NCBI GenBank assembly: GCA_942493385.1 | Contig: OW818699.1 | Location: forward strand, 2,454,808-2,518,807 | DNA from: an uncultured Bacteroidales bacterium | GTDB taxonomy: Bacteria; Bacteroidota; Bacteroidia; Bacteroidales; UBA1402 | Direction: 5' to 3' | DNA length: 64,000 nucleotides | In this document: positions 18,135 to 26,379 of the stretch, piece after piece | Layout of the letters: each line of letters starts with the position of its first letter | How positions within the stretch are numbered: the first letter of the stretch is position 1 | Notes under the pieces: model-generated | The model's database searches: none | Told to the model about the DNA's origin: nothing | Seen by the model: only the letters and a program-made list of their open reading frames with translations | Position numbers and translations under genes: made by a program

Positions 18135-18238
18135 AATAGAGCGTCCATCTCGGCGTTACTCATAAAAAATGGCTCCTCACGTACCAAAGTACGCTCCGGG
18201 GCCATTTTTCATGAGTGCCTTGACCTGAACACTCTATT
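18135..18238 (-). repeat. Structured palindromic intergenic repeat, copy B (about 104 nt)
   Basis: Its reverse complement aligns block by block with copy A. Starts 6 nt after the pfp stop codon, between convergent pfp and prmA. Confidence 0.85.
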
Positions 18239-18276
18239 AGAAAATCACCCAGTGGGGTGTTTGCCAGAAGAAAGAA

Positions 18277-19116
18277 TTACATCTCAAAGCGGACGGCGAC
18301 CCAGTTATTTTTAGAGGTGTGGGTGATGAATTTCAAACCGAGGCTTTCAGCCTTTTCGCGGATGATGGGGAGGTCGGATTCGTAGAAGCCGCTCATGAAT
18401 AGGAGTGAGCCGCTGTGCATTTTGGCGGTGTAGGCAGCCATGTCGGCAAGCAGGATGTTGCGGTTGATGTTGGCGAAGATGATGTCAAAAGCAGGTGCGT
18501 TTTCAAGCAATTCAGCACCGCCAGTCAGGATTTCGATGTCTGGCGAATTGTTCAGCTGAATGTTCTCCAGCGCATTATTGATGGCCCATTGGTCGATGTC
18601 GATGCCAAGCACGTTAACCGCACCTTTCATGGATGCCAGGATGGCTAAAACAGCGGTACCGCAACCCATATCCAGGAACGATTTGCCCTTGACATCGAGT
18701 TTTAACAGCGCCTCCAACATCAGGCTGGTGGTTTCGTGATGACCAGTGCCGAAAGCCATTTTTGGATCGATCAGAATGTCGTACTGAGCTTGAGGAATGT
18801 TGGTGTGGAAAGAACTGTGAATCACGCAATCCGTACCAATCACGATGGGCTGGAAATAATTCTTTTCCCATTCCTCGTTCCAATTCTGCCCCGGAATGCA
18901 TTTGGCCGAAAAATCGAGTGCAGAACCGAACATTTCTAATGGAATATGCTTCCGTACGTTAACTTCATCGTATTTTGCTGACGAAACGTAAGCAAGCATT
19001 CCGTCTTCGCACTCGCTGAAACTTTCAAAACCGGTTTCGGCCAATTCAGCAGCGAGCAAATCGTTGATAACGGTGTTATTAGGGGTGATTTTGACGTGAA
19101 TTTCAATATAATCCAT
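18277..19116 (-). CDS. prmA: Ribosomal protein L11 methyltransferase
   Basis: SAM motif FLDMGCGTAVLAILA and the GFYESD region. Start set at MDYIEIHVKITP (ATG 19116); the track start 19194 adds an atypical 26 aa. Confidence 0.88.
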   Translation of the reverse strand: MDYIEIHVKITPNNTVINDLLAAELAETGFESFSECEDGMLAYVSSAKYDEVNVRKHIPLEMFGSALDFSAKCIPGQNWNEEWEKNYFQPIVIGTDCVIHSSFHTNIPQAQYDILIDPKMAFGTGHHETTSLMLEALLKLDVKGKSFLDMGCGTAVLAILASMKGAVNVLGIDIDQWAINNALENIQLNNSPDIEILTGGAELLENAPAFDIIFANINRNILLADMAAYTAKMHSGSLLFMSGFYESDLPIIREKAESLGLKFITHTSKNNWVAVRFEM

Positions 19117-19210
19117 GTTTGTGTTGTTAAATTCAGTTATTGCAGTAAACGTTTTGGCAAAAAAAGTATCTTTGTAATAAAGGATTTCGTGCACAAGCCC
19201 GATCCGAATG

Positions 19211-19218
19211 CAAAAATA
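19211..19218 (-). promoter_or_regulatory. -7 box TATTTTTG, candidate prmA promoter
   Basis: Plus strand reads CAAAAATA. 95 nt upstream of ATG 19116. Confidence 0.3.
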
Positions 19219-19256
19219 CGCCTTTTATACCGAATTTACTTTAAAATACCCGCCTT

Positions 19257-20825
19257 ATGAAAACGAAATGGATGATTTCGATGACCCTGGCATTGATGTT
19301 TACGGGACTCGCACAGGCTCAAACCTTCGAGGATGACCTGTATTACAATCCGAAAACGGCTAAAGCGGAAGCCAAACCTAAGCCCCAAAAGGCAAGCCAA
19401 GTTCAACAATCGAACAGTAACGTTCGGGTGTACGACCAAACCGGCACCCTTAAAACATACGATTTACGAAATGTGGACGAATACAACCGTCGCCCCAACC
19501 CAAATCAGGTAAACGAGGAGCTTACAGGTGATACGTTGGCTTATACCGACACCTTGGCTTTGGACGAAAACGGTCAACCTTTTGAATATTCAGAACGAAT
19601 CCGTCGTTTTCACAACCCCAAATTCACCAAGCAAATTACCGATGATGAGTACATCAGTATTTATGTGGAAGATGGAGCAGACGTGAACATTTATTATGTG
19701 GACGGAAATGCCAACCAATTCATGAGCCCGTATTATTACGACAACTATTGGTATCCTACCTACGGTTACGGATGGAACAACTGGTATCGACGCGGTTGGG
19801 GCATGTATTACGACCCATGGATGTATTCAGGCTGGGGATTTTCAGATCCTTGGTATTCAGGATATTACGGTTACGGTTTCGGCAGCTGGTACGATCCATG
19901 GTGGGGTTATAACGGCTACGGAAGCTGTTATGGCGGTTATTATGGTTATGGCTACGGGAACTATTACGGTTACGGCGGCGGTTGGGGCTACGGCTACGGT
20001 GGCAGCTATGGCACGCTCGGTCGTGACGCTTTCTCCAGAAACCGGCATACCCTTTCCAACAATCAGCGTGATTTCATTTCCAATGTCGGCAGCGGTCATT
20101 TAGGCAGCAGCCGAGCATCCAGTGGTAGTGGTGGCACTCGATCAGGATCAACGTTTTCTGCCATGAATCCCGGATCCAGAACCGGAAATGGTACTTATAC
20201 TAATTCACGTGTTAACGGTTCTGGCATGGGAACCCGTACAAACAGCAATTATGGTGACAACTTGAATGCTGGAAGCAGGAACACGTATAGTCCTACGACA
20301 CGAAGCTCCAACAGCAATTCATCAACCAGATCGGGCAGTTACAGCACCACCAGCAGACAACCTGCCACCGGATCGTACAGCACCAGTCGTGGCAATGCAA
20401 CAACCAATAGCAGTTACGGAACAAGTCGAAGCAATACCGGAAGTACGGGCAATTACAATACGTCACGCACAAGTACTGGCAGCAATTCGACATCTACACC
20501 TCAGACTCGCACTGCACCTACATCCACTGGAAACAATTCAGGCAGTTACGGAACAGCAAGGACCAGCACTTCTGGCTCTTCAAGTACAACAAGAACAACA
20601 TCATCGTCGTCTTCGTCCACATCAAGACAGACGTATAGCACACCTTCTTCAACTCCAACTTATACGCCGACCAGCACGCCATCCTATACTCCATCCTCCA
20701 GTTCCAGTTCCAGTTCCAGCTCCAGTTCTAGCTCCAGCTCCAGCTCTAGTTCTGGGGGCGGCTCGCGCAGCAGTGGTGGCGGTAGCAGCAGCAGCGGCGG
20801 TACTTTCGGTGGAGGACGCAGGTAA
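19257..20825 (+). CDS. Secreted low-complexity protein: Tyr/Gly/Trp-rich segment, Ser/Thr/Asn/Arg-rich segment, poly-Ser tail
   Basis: Signal peptide ..FTGLAQA-QT, then an ordinary-composition region to about aa 155. Aromatic/Gly block at aa 158-252 (nt 19728-20012), e.g. GYYGYGYGNYYGYGGGWGYGYGGSYG. About 200 aa of S/T/N/R/G, then S20 and GGGSRSSGGGSSSSGGTFGGGRR. Confidence 0.7.
   Translation: MKTKWMISMTLALMFTGLAQAQTFEDDLYYNPKTAKAEAKPKPQKASQVQQSNSNVRVYDQTGTLKTYDLRNVDEYNRRPNPNQVNEELTGDTLAYTDTLALDENGQPFEYSERIRRFHNPKFTKQITDDEYISIYVEDGADVNIYYVDGNANQFMSPYYYDNYWYPTYGYGWNNWYRRGWGMYYDPWMYSGWGFSDPWYSGYYGYGFGSWYDPWWGYNGYGSCYGGYYGYGYGNYYGYGGGWGYGYGGSYGTLGRDAFSRNRHTLSNNQRDFISNVGSGHLGSSRASSGSGGTRSGSTFSAMNPGSRTGNGTYTNSRVNGSGMGTRTNSNYGDNLNAGSRNTYSPTTRSSNSNSSTRSGSYSTTSRQPATGSYSTSRGNATTNSSYGTSRSNTGSTGNYNTSRTSTGSNSTSTPQTRTAPTSTGNNSGSYGTARTSTSGSSSTTRTTSSSSSSTSRQTYSTPSSTPTYTPTSTPSYTPSSSSSSSSSSSSSSSSSSSSGGGSRSSGGGSSSSGGTFGGGRR
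20695..20754 (+). repeat. Imperfect (TCC-AGY) hexanucleotide repeat encoding poly-Ser
   Basis: Reads tcc tcc agt tcc agt tcc agt tcc agc tcc agt tct agc tcc agc tcc agc tct agt tct. Confidence 0.8.
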
Positions 20826-20843
20826 TACATAATACAGATTCAA

Positions 20844-22370
20844 ATGAAAAAATACATTTTATTGGCGTTTCTGTCAGTGTATGGCCTTACAGCTTTTGCA
20901 CAGGCTGAATTTGACGCACTTAGGTTGTCACAAACAGACATTATCGGCACAGCACGCTTTGTTTCGATGTCTGGTGCTTTCGGAGCATTGGGAGGCGATA
21001 TGAGTGCCATCAACCTGAATCCTGCTGGAATCGGAGTTTATAGAAGTTCGGAATTAACATTGTCTCCTTCGTATCAAATGGATAATTCCAACTCGAATTT
21101 TAATGGTACGAAAGGAGTGGCATCGAAAGTGAACGTTCTGATGAATGGTTTTGGATATGTGGGTTCATTTCGTACGTATGATGAATCGGCCATTTCCAAT
21201 TTCAATTTTGGAATAACGTACAACAAACTTGCCGATTTTAACCGTAACACCAGTGTGTTAGGTGATAATCGTGCCGTCTCGTTGTTGGATAGAATTTGCT
21301 TCGTCGAGAACGGTATGTGGTACGACGATGGTTCACATCCCGACCACACCAACTTTTACGACTATGTGAACGGAGTCCATGTCATCGGGCTAAATTCATT
21401 AGGTGATCGATATGTACCATTGTTGGATGGTGGTGAAAAAACCAACACGGATTTGCAGATACAAGAAATCGGCGGAATAAACTCATTAAACTTTACCTTG
21501 GGAGCAAATTACAACCATTCCTTGTATGTGGGTATCGGCTTAGGCGTTCAAAGCATTAATTATGAAAGGTACAGTGAATATTCCGAAAATTATGAGAAGG
21601 GGGGAGGCACTGACATGCACAATACTCTTTATACTTCTGGTACAGGCTATGACTTCAAGGCTGGTGTCATTTACAGACCAGTCCCTGAACTCAGACTGGG
21701 CATTTCAGCACGCTCCGGAACGTATTATGCTCTGACGGACGTATTCAATGCCTCCATGGCTTCCTGGGGCTTCATCAATCCGAATACCAATGCGGTATAC
21801 AATCCAGACCCGATCGTAGAGGGAACTGAACAATATGTGGACTACATGCTGACAACTCCTTGGCAATTGACACTGAGCGCTGCCTACCAATTTGAAAACA
21901 AAGGGTTGTTGAGCGTTGACTTCGATTATGTAGACAACAGAAACACGTCCTTAAAAAACGGCAGCGGATTTGAAATGACTGAAATCAATGACTACATCGA
22001 TTATGATTTTCAGAAAAGCTATAATGTTCGAGTTGGGGGTGAAATGCGCCTTTCCGACAACTTCAGCGCGCGGATGGGGGCAGCCTATTACATGTCACCA
22101 CTCATTTCCAATGTGGAAACGTATGATATTGCAACTGCCTATACAAGACCTGAATACACGGTATTAAAAAGTACCATGTATGCTTCCTTGGGAGCCGGAT
22201 ACCGTTCGGGTGCCTTCTTCCTGGATGCAGCATTGCAGGAACGAATTAGCAACGAACACTTCTTTAGCTTTAACGAAATCATTGTTGCTAAAGATTCTCC
22301 GCCTCCAACGTATGCAACTTTGACACGTGACAAAGTAAGTCTGGTCGTGACCGCAGGTTTCAAATTCTAA
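20844..22370 (+). CDS. FadL/PorV-like outer-membrane beta-barrel protein
   Basis: Signal peptide. N-terminal segment ARFVSMSGAFGALGGDMSAINLNPAGIG is typical of FadL/PorV-type barrels. C-terminal LVVTAGFKF. Starts 18 nt after the low-complexity gene. Confidence 0.7.
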   Translation: MKKYILLAFLSVYGLTAFAQAEFDALRLSQTDIIGTARFVSMSGAFGALGGDMSAINLNPAGIGVYRSSELTLSPSYQMDNSNSNFNGTKGVASKVNVLMNGFGYVGSFRTYDESAISNFNFGITYNKLADFNRNTSVLGDNRAVSLLDRICFVENGMWYDDGSHPDHTNFYDYVNGVHVIGLNSLGDRYVPLLDGGEKTNTDLQIQEIGGINSLNFTLGANYNHSLYVGIGLGVQSINYERYSEYSENYEKGGGTDMHNTLYTSGTGYDFKAGVIYRPVPELRLGISARSGTYYALTDVFNASMASWGFINPNTNAVYNPDPIVEGTEQYVDYMLTTPWQLTLSAAYQFENKGLLSVDFDYVDNRNTSLKNGSGFEMTEINDYIDYDFQKSYNVRVGGEMRLSDNFSARMGAAYYMSPLISNVETYDIATAYTRPEYTVLKSTMYASLGAGYRSGAFFLDAALQERISNEHFFSFNEIIVAKDSPPPTYATLTRDKVSLVVTAGFKF

Positions 22371-24378
22371 TCTCCGTATTTTTTTGTAGTTCTTCCAGTT
22401 TGAGAACTTCGTCCCGGTACTGAGCGGCTTCGAGAAAATCGAGCCGCTTTGCTGCTTCTTGCATGGCCTTACGGGCTTTATCAATGGTTTTCTGCAGCTG
22501 TGTAGGATTCATGTGTGATAAGATGGGGTCGGCAACCAAACTGGTCCGTTCAGGTTCAATATACGCTTTTGGCTCGGCCGAACGCGCGAATTGGCCTAGT
22601 CCAGAAACCTTGTCTTTGATAATGGCAGTAGGAGTGATGCCGTGCGCTTCGTTGTATGCCTTTTGCTTGACGCGCCTACGGTTGGTCTCCTCGATGGTGA
22701 TGCGCATGCTTTCTGTCATCTTATCGGCATACATGATGACTTTCCCCTCCAAATGTCGTGCGGCACGTCCGGCAGTTTGCGTCAGTGAACGGTGATTTCT
22801 GAGGAATCCTTCTTTATCGGCATCCAAAATGGCCACCAGCGAAACTTCAGGCAAATCGAGGCCTTCGCGAAGCAGATTCACACCAACCAGAACGTCGTAA
22901 ACACCAAGGCGAAGGTCTTCCATGATTTTCACACGATCCAAGGTATCCACATCCGAATGAATGTAGCTGCATTTAATGTTTAAACCAATCATGTAGGTAG
23001 TCAGTTCTTCCGCCATGCGTTTGGTCAGTGTGGTAACCAACACACGCTCATCCTTGGAAGCCCTAACGTGGATTTCTTCCATCAGATCGTCCACTTGATT
23101 CTTGCTGGGACGAACGGAGATCTCCGGATCCAATAAACCAGTTGGACGTATAACTTGCTCAACTACTACACCTTCCGATTTTTCAAGTTCGTAATCACCC
23201 GGTGTGGCACTCACATAAACCACTTGTTTCTTAATGCCTTCGAACTCTGCAAAGCTGAGCGGACGGTTGTCGATGGCTGCAGGAAGGCGGAAACCGTATT
23301 CCACTAGATTTGTCTTTCGTGCACGGTCGCCTCCCCACATGGCGCGAACCTGTGGAAGTGAAACATGGCTTTCGTCGATGACCATCAGAAAGTTCTCCGG
23401 AAAAAAGTCCAGCAAGCAATACGGTTGGTCACCTGGTTGACGGCCGTCAAAATACCTTGAATAGTTTTCGATGCCGGAACAATGGCCGAGTTCACGGATC
23501 ATTTCCACATCGTAGCTCACGCGTTCCTGCAAACGCTTAGCCTCGAAGGGTTTTCCTACGGAGTTGAAAAAGGCAACTTGCTTATCGAGGTCGGCCAAAA
23601 TCATTTCGATGGCGATGGCTATGCTTTCTTTGCTGGTTACGAACAAGTTGGCAGGAAAAATCCGGAATTCGTCGGTGGTTGTCAGGGTGCGTCCGTTAAT
23701 TGGATCGATGGTGGAAATGCTGTCAATTTCATTTCCCCAGAAAACGACTCTCAAGATGGAATCGGCATACGCCAAAAAGATATCAACTGTATCGCCCTTG
23801 ACCCGAAAATTCCCACGCTGAAGATCCACTTCGTTTCTGGAATAAAGGATATCCACCAGTTTTCGAAGGAAAACGTTCCGATCCAGCTTTTGACCCCGAT
23901 GGACGTCCACGACCGTTTTCTTGAAATCCTCTGGATTACCGATACCGTAAATGCAGGAAACGGACGAGACGACCAACACGTCCTGTCTGCCAGAAAGCAA
24001 AGCTGATGAAGCGGAAAGCCGGAGTTTTTCGATTTCTGCATTGATGGCAAGGTCTTTCTCAATATAGGTGTCGGAGGAGGGTAGGTACGCTTCCGGTTGG
24101 TAATAATCGTAATAAGAAACATAATACTCCACGGCATTGTCCGGGAAAAAGCTCTTGAATTCGCCATAAAGCTGAGCAGCCAGCGTTTTGTTGTGGCTGA
24201 GCACCAGGGTTGGCCGTTGAATTTCTTTCACCACATTCGCCATGGTGAACGTTTTACCCGAACCTGTCACGCCCAAAAGCGTCTGATAAGGCATGCCTTG
24301 ATTGATGCCTTCAACGAGCTGCCGGATGGCTTCAGGCTGGTCGCCAGTGGGAACGTAAGGGGAAACAAGATTGAACAT
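22360..24378 (-). CDS. uvrB: Excinuclease ABC subunit B
   Basis: GVTGSGKTFTMA Walker A, DESH box (VIDESHVSLPQ), C-terminal UVR domain (AAQYRDEVLKLEEL). 672 aa. Confidence 0.96.
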   Translation of the reverse strand: MFNLVSPYVPTGDQPEAIRQLVEGINQGMPYQTLLGVTGSGKTFTMANVVKEIQRPTLVLSHNKTLAAQLYGEFKSFFPDNAVEYYVSYYDYYQPEAYLPSSDTYIEKDLAINAEIEKLRLSASSALLSGRQDVLVVSSVSCIYGIGNPEDFKKTVVDVHRGQKLDRNVFLRKLVDILYSRNEVDLQRGNFRVKGDTVDIFLAYADSILRVVFWGNEIDSISTIDPINGRTLTTTDEFRIFPANLFVTSKESIAIAIEMILADLDKQVAFFNSVGKPFEAKRLQERVSYDVEMIRELGHCSGIENYSRYFDGRQPGDQPYCLLDFFPENFLMVIDESHVSLPQVRAMWGGDRARKTNLVEYGFRLPAAIDNRPLSFAEFEGIKKQVVYVSATPGDYELEKSEGVVVEQVIRPTGLLDPEISVRPSKNQVDDLMEEIHVRASKDERVLVTTLTKRMAEELTTYMIGLNIKCSYIHSDVDTLDRVKIMEDLRLGVYDVLVGVNLLREGLDLPEVSLVAILDADKEGFLRNHRSLTQTAGRAARHLEGKVIMYADKMTESMRITIEETNRRRVKQKAYNEAHGITPTAIIKDKVSGLGQFARSAEPKAYIEPERTSLVADPILSHMNPTQLQKTIDKARKAMQEAAKRLDFLEAAQYRDEVLKLEELQKNTEIRI

Positions 24379-24402
24379 GAAATTCAGCTTTTTTTAGAGT
24401 TA

Positions 24403-24410
24403 CAAATATA
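24403..24410 (-). promoter_or_regulatory. -7 box TATATTTG for uvrB
   Basis: Plus strand reads CAAATATA. 25 nt upstream of ATG 24378. Confidence 0.45.
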
Positions 24411-24493
24411 GCGGATTTGGACGGAAAATAGGGAAATATTGTTTTACTTTGCAGCAACGAAAAACCATCGGAAAGCCAACCAATTTAATAACT

Positions 24494-25792
24494 ATGATCT
24501 GGAACGAAAGCTACGAGTGCATGGGGCACGAGGAACTACGCGAGGTACAAAACAAACGACTTCGCACAACCGTCGAATGCGTCTATCACAATTCTCCCTT
24601 TTACAGGGCAAAAATGCAGGAATTAGGCATCACTCCCAACGATATTGAAACCATCGACGACCTTGTGAAACTGCCTTTCACCACGAAAACCGACCTTCGC
24701 GACCAATATCCCTTCGGATTGTTTTCGGCACCGATGTCTGAAATCGTTCGCTTGCATGCTTCGTCCGGAACGACAGGAAAACCCATTGTAGCCGGCTATA
24801 CCCGCAAAGACCTCAACATCTGGTCTGAAGTCATGGCCAGAACGTTTGCGGCAGGCGGATGCAACCGAAACGACATTTTTCAGATTGCCTATGGTTACGG
24901 CCTATTCACCGGTGGACTAGGAGCACATTATGGGGCGGAAACACTAGGCGCATCGGTCATTCCGATATCATCAGGAAACACGGAGAAGCAAATACAGCTG
25001 ATGACGGACTTCGGCTCCACCGCCCTTTGCTGCACCCCTTCCTACGCCTTATATCTGGCTGAAGCCGTGCACGATATGGGCGTACAGGATAAACTGAAAC
25101 TTAAAGTCGGATTTTTTGGGGCCGAACCCTGGACGGAGGAAATGCGCAAGGAAATCGAAGAAAAGCTGAAACTAAAGGCCTTCGATATCTTTGGCTTGAC
25201 TGAAATCATCGGACCGGGAGTTGCATACGATTGCAGCGCACAACACGGCATGCACATCAACGAGGACCATTTCTTTCCTGAAATTATTAATCCCAAAACC
25301 CTGAAACCAGTTAAAAAGGGCGAAGTAGGGGAGTTGGTATTCACGACCATCACCAAAGAAGGTATGCCGGTGTTGCGTTACAGGACCAAAGATTTGACAT
25401 CGCTTTTTTACGAACCCTGTTCCTGCGGTCGAACTTCGGTGCGCATGCACAAGATCATGGGCCGAAGCGACGACATGCTCATCATCAGAGGTGTCAACGT
25501 ATTCCCATCACAAATTGAAAGTGTCTTGCTAGAATTCGGTGAAGCTGCTCCGCATTACCATTTGTATGTGGACCGCGAAAACAACACCGACACCTTCGAC
25601 GTCCATGTGGAATTGAGGCCTGAAAACTTTACCGACGACATGAGCGCCATGCTTGGACTCGCCAAAAGAATCGAACATCGCATTATGAGCGTAGTCGGCA
25701 TCCATGCCCACGTCAAACTGGTAGAACCCAGATCCATAGAGCGTTCCATCGGAAAAGCCAAACGAGTGACTGACAAACGTAATTTGTATTAA
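24494..25792 (+). CDS. Phenylacetate-CoA ligase family adenylate-forming enzyme (PaaK-like)
   Basis: LHASSGTTGKP AMP-binding motif. 432 aa from MIWNESYECMGHEELREVQNKRL, a typical PaaK N-terminus. Confidence 0.88.
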   Translation: MIWNESYECMGHEELREVQNKRLRTTVECVYHNSPFYRAKMQELGITPNDIETIDDLVKLPFTTKTDLRDQYPFGLFSAPMSEIVRLHASSGTTGKPIVAGYTRKDLNIWSEVMARTFAAGGCNRNDIFQIAYGYGLFTGGLGAHYGAETLGASVIPISSGNTEKQIQLMTDFGSTALCCTPSYALYLAEAVHDMGVQDKLKLKVGFFGAEPWTEEMRKEIEEKLKLKAFDIFGLTEIIGPGVAYDCSAQHGMHINEDHFFPEIINPKTLKPVKKGEVGELVFTTITKEGMPVLRYRTKDLTSLFYEPCSCGRTSVRMHKIMGRSDDMLIIRGVNVFPSQIESVLLEFGEAAPHYHLYVDRENNTDTFDVHVELRPENFTDDMSAMLGLAKRIEHRIMSVVGIHAHVKLVEPRSIERSIGKAKRVTDKRNLY

Positions 25793-25794
25793 TT

Positions 25795-26232
25795 ATGAAC
25801 GAACCACTGATTATCAAGCAATTGTCCATCTTTCTTGAAAACAAGACCGGACGTTTGACGGATGTAACCCGCTTATTGGGTAAAGCCGGTATCAATTTGT
25901 CAGCCTTCAGCATGGCTGAATCCTCCGATTTTGGCATCATGAGGGTCGTATTGTCCGATCCGCAGGCAGCCAAGAAACTGCTGACTCAAAACGGTTTTAC
26001 AGTGACCCTTAGCGATGTGGTCTGCCTGTTCGTTCCCAATACGCCGGGTACCTTATCGGAAGCATTGCTCATCCTTTCCGAACACAACGTTTCGGTGGAT
26101 TACATGTATGCCTTTGCCATGGATGAAGTGGCCAGGGTGGTGATCCGACCAAGTGACATTGCCAAATGTGTGGAAGTTCTGCAAAATTCCAACCTAAAAC
26201 TGATCAAGGCCAGCGACATGTATTATTTTTGA
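25795..26232 (+). CDS. ACT-domain protein
   Basis: Two ACT-like halves (IKQLSIFLENKTGRL.. and VVCLFVPNTPGTLSE..). From recollection of Bacteroidota synteny, this is the usual partner immediately downstream of PaaK-like ligases. Confidence 0.7.
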   Translation: MNEPLIIKQLSIFLENKTGRLTDVTRLLGKAGINLSAFSMAESSDFGIMRVVLSDPQAAKKLLTQNGFTVTLSDVVCLFVPNTPGTLSEALLILSEHNVSVDYMYAFAMDEVARVVIRPSDIAKCVEVLQNSNLKLIKASDMYYF

Positions 26233-26327
26233 AGGTCCCAGATCCTTAAAAAACGTTGGAAAACCATGCTGCACGGGCATTTCCGTTAATTTTTGCTGTT
26301 TCTTTTCGCTTATTGGAAGGGAAGTGT

Positions 26328-26335
26328 TACCTTTG
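26328..26335 (+). promoter_or_regulatory. -7 box TACCTTTG for bamD-rpoZ-DUF4293
   Basis: Exact TAnnTTTG; extended form TACCTTTGTGCAA. 45 nt before ATG 26380. Confidence 0.5.
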
Positions 26336-26379
26336 TGCAACTTTTCATACAACATGGAAAGGGTATGGACTGTAACGGT

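Noticed and set aside
14441-18238. Inverted copies of the 105-nt repeat flank a 3.6-kb three-gene block (GGGtGRT, NifU-like, pfp), which looks superficially like a composite transposon or invertible segment.
   Set aside because: There is no transposase, recombinase or target-site duplication. The contents are core metabolic genes with their own divergent promoters. Each repeat simply sits after the 3' end of an outward-facing gene, which explains the inverted orientation.
18246-18259. Small hairpin CACCC-agtg-GGGTG after repeat copy B, considered as a terminator for pfp or prmA.
   Set aside because: The stem is only 5 bp and the flanking T/A runs are short. It could assist termination but the evidence is insufficient to list it as a feature.
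20266-20843. The 188-aa plus-strand and 64-aa minus-strand ORFs overlapping the 3' part of the low-complexity gene.
   Set aside because: They are alternative-frame readings of the Ser/Thr/Gly repeat DNA (Pro/Ala/Leu/His-rich products). The frame with the signal peptide and continuous ORF from 19257 is the supported one.
24441-24452. TACTTTGCAGCAA upstream of the PaaK-like gene (and a similar TATTTTGC at 37354-37361 upstream of ltaE), considered as -7 promoter boxes.
   Set aside because: They are one nucleotide short of the TAnnTTTG spacing (TAnTTTG), so they were not counted with the exact matches. They may still be functional promoters.
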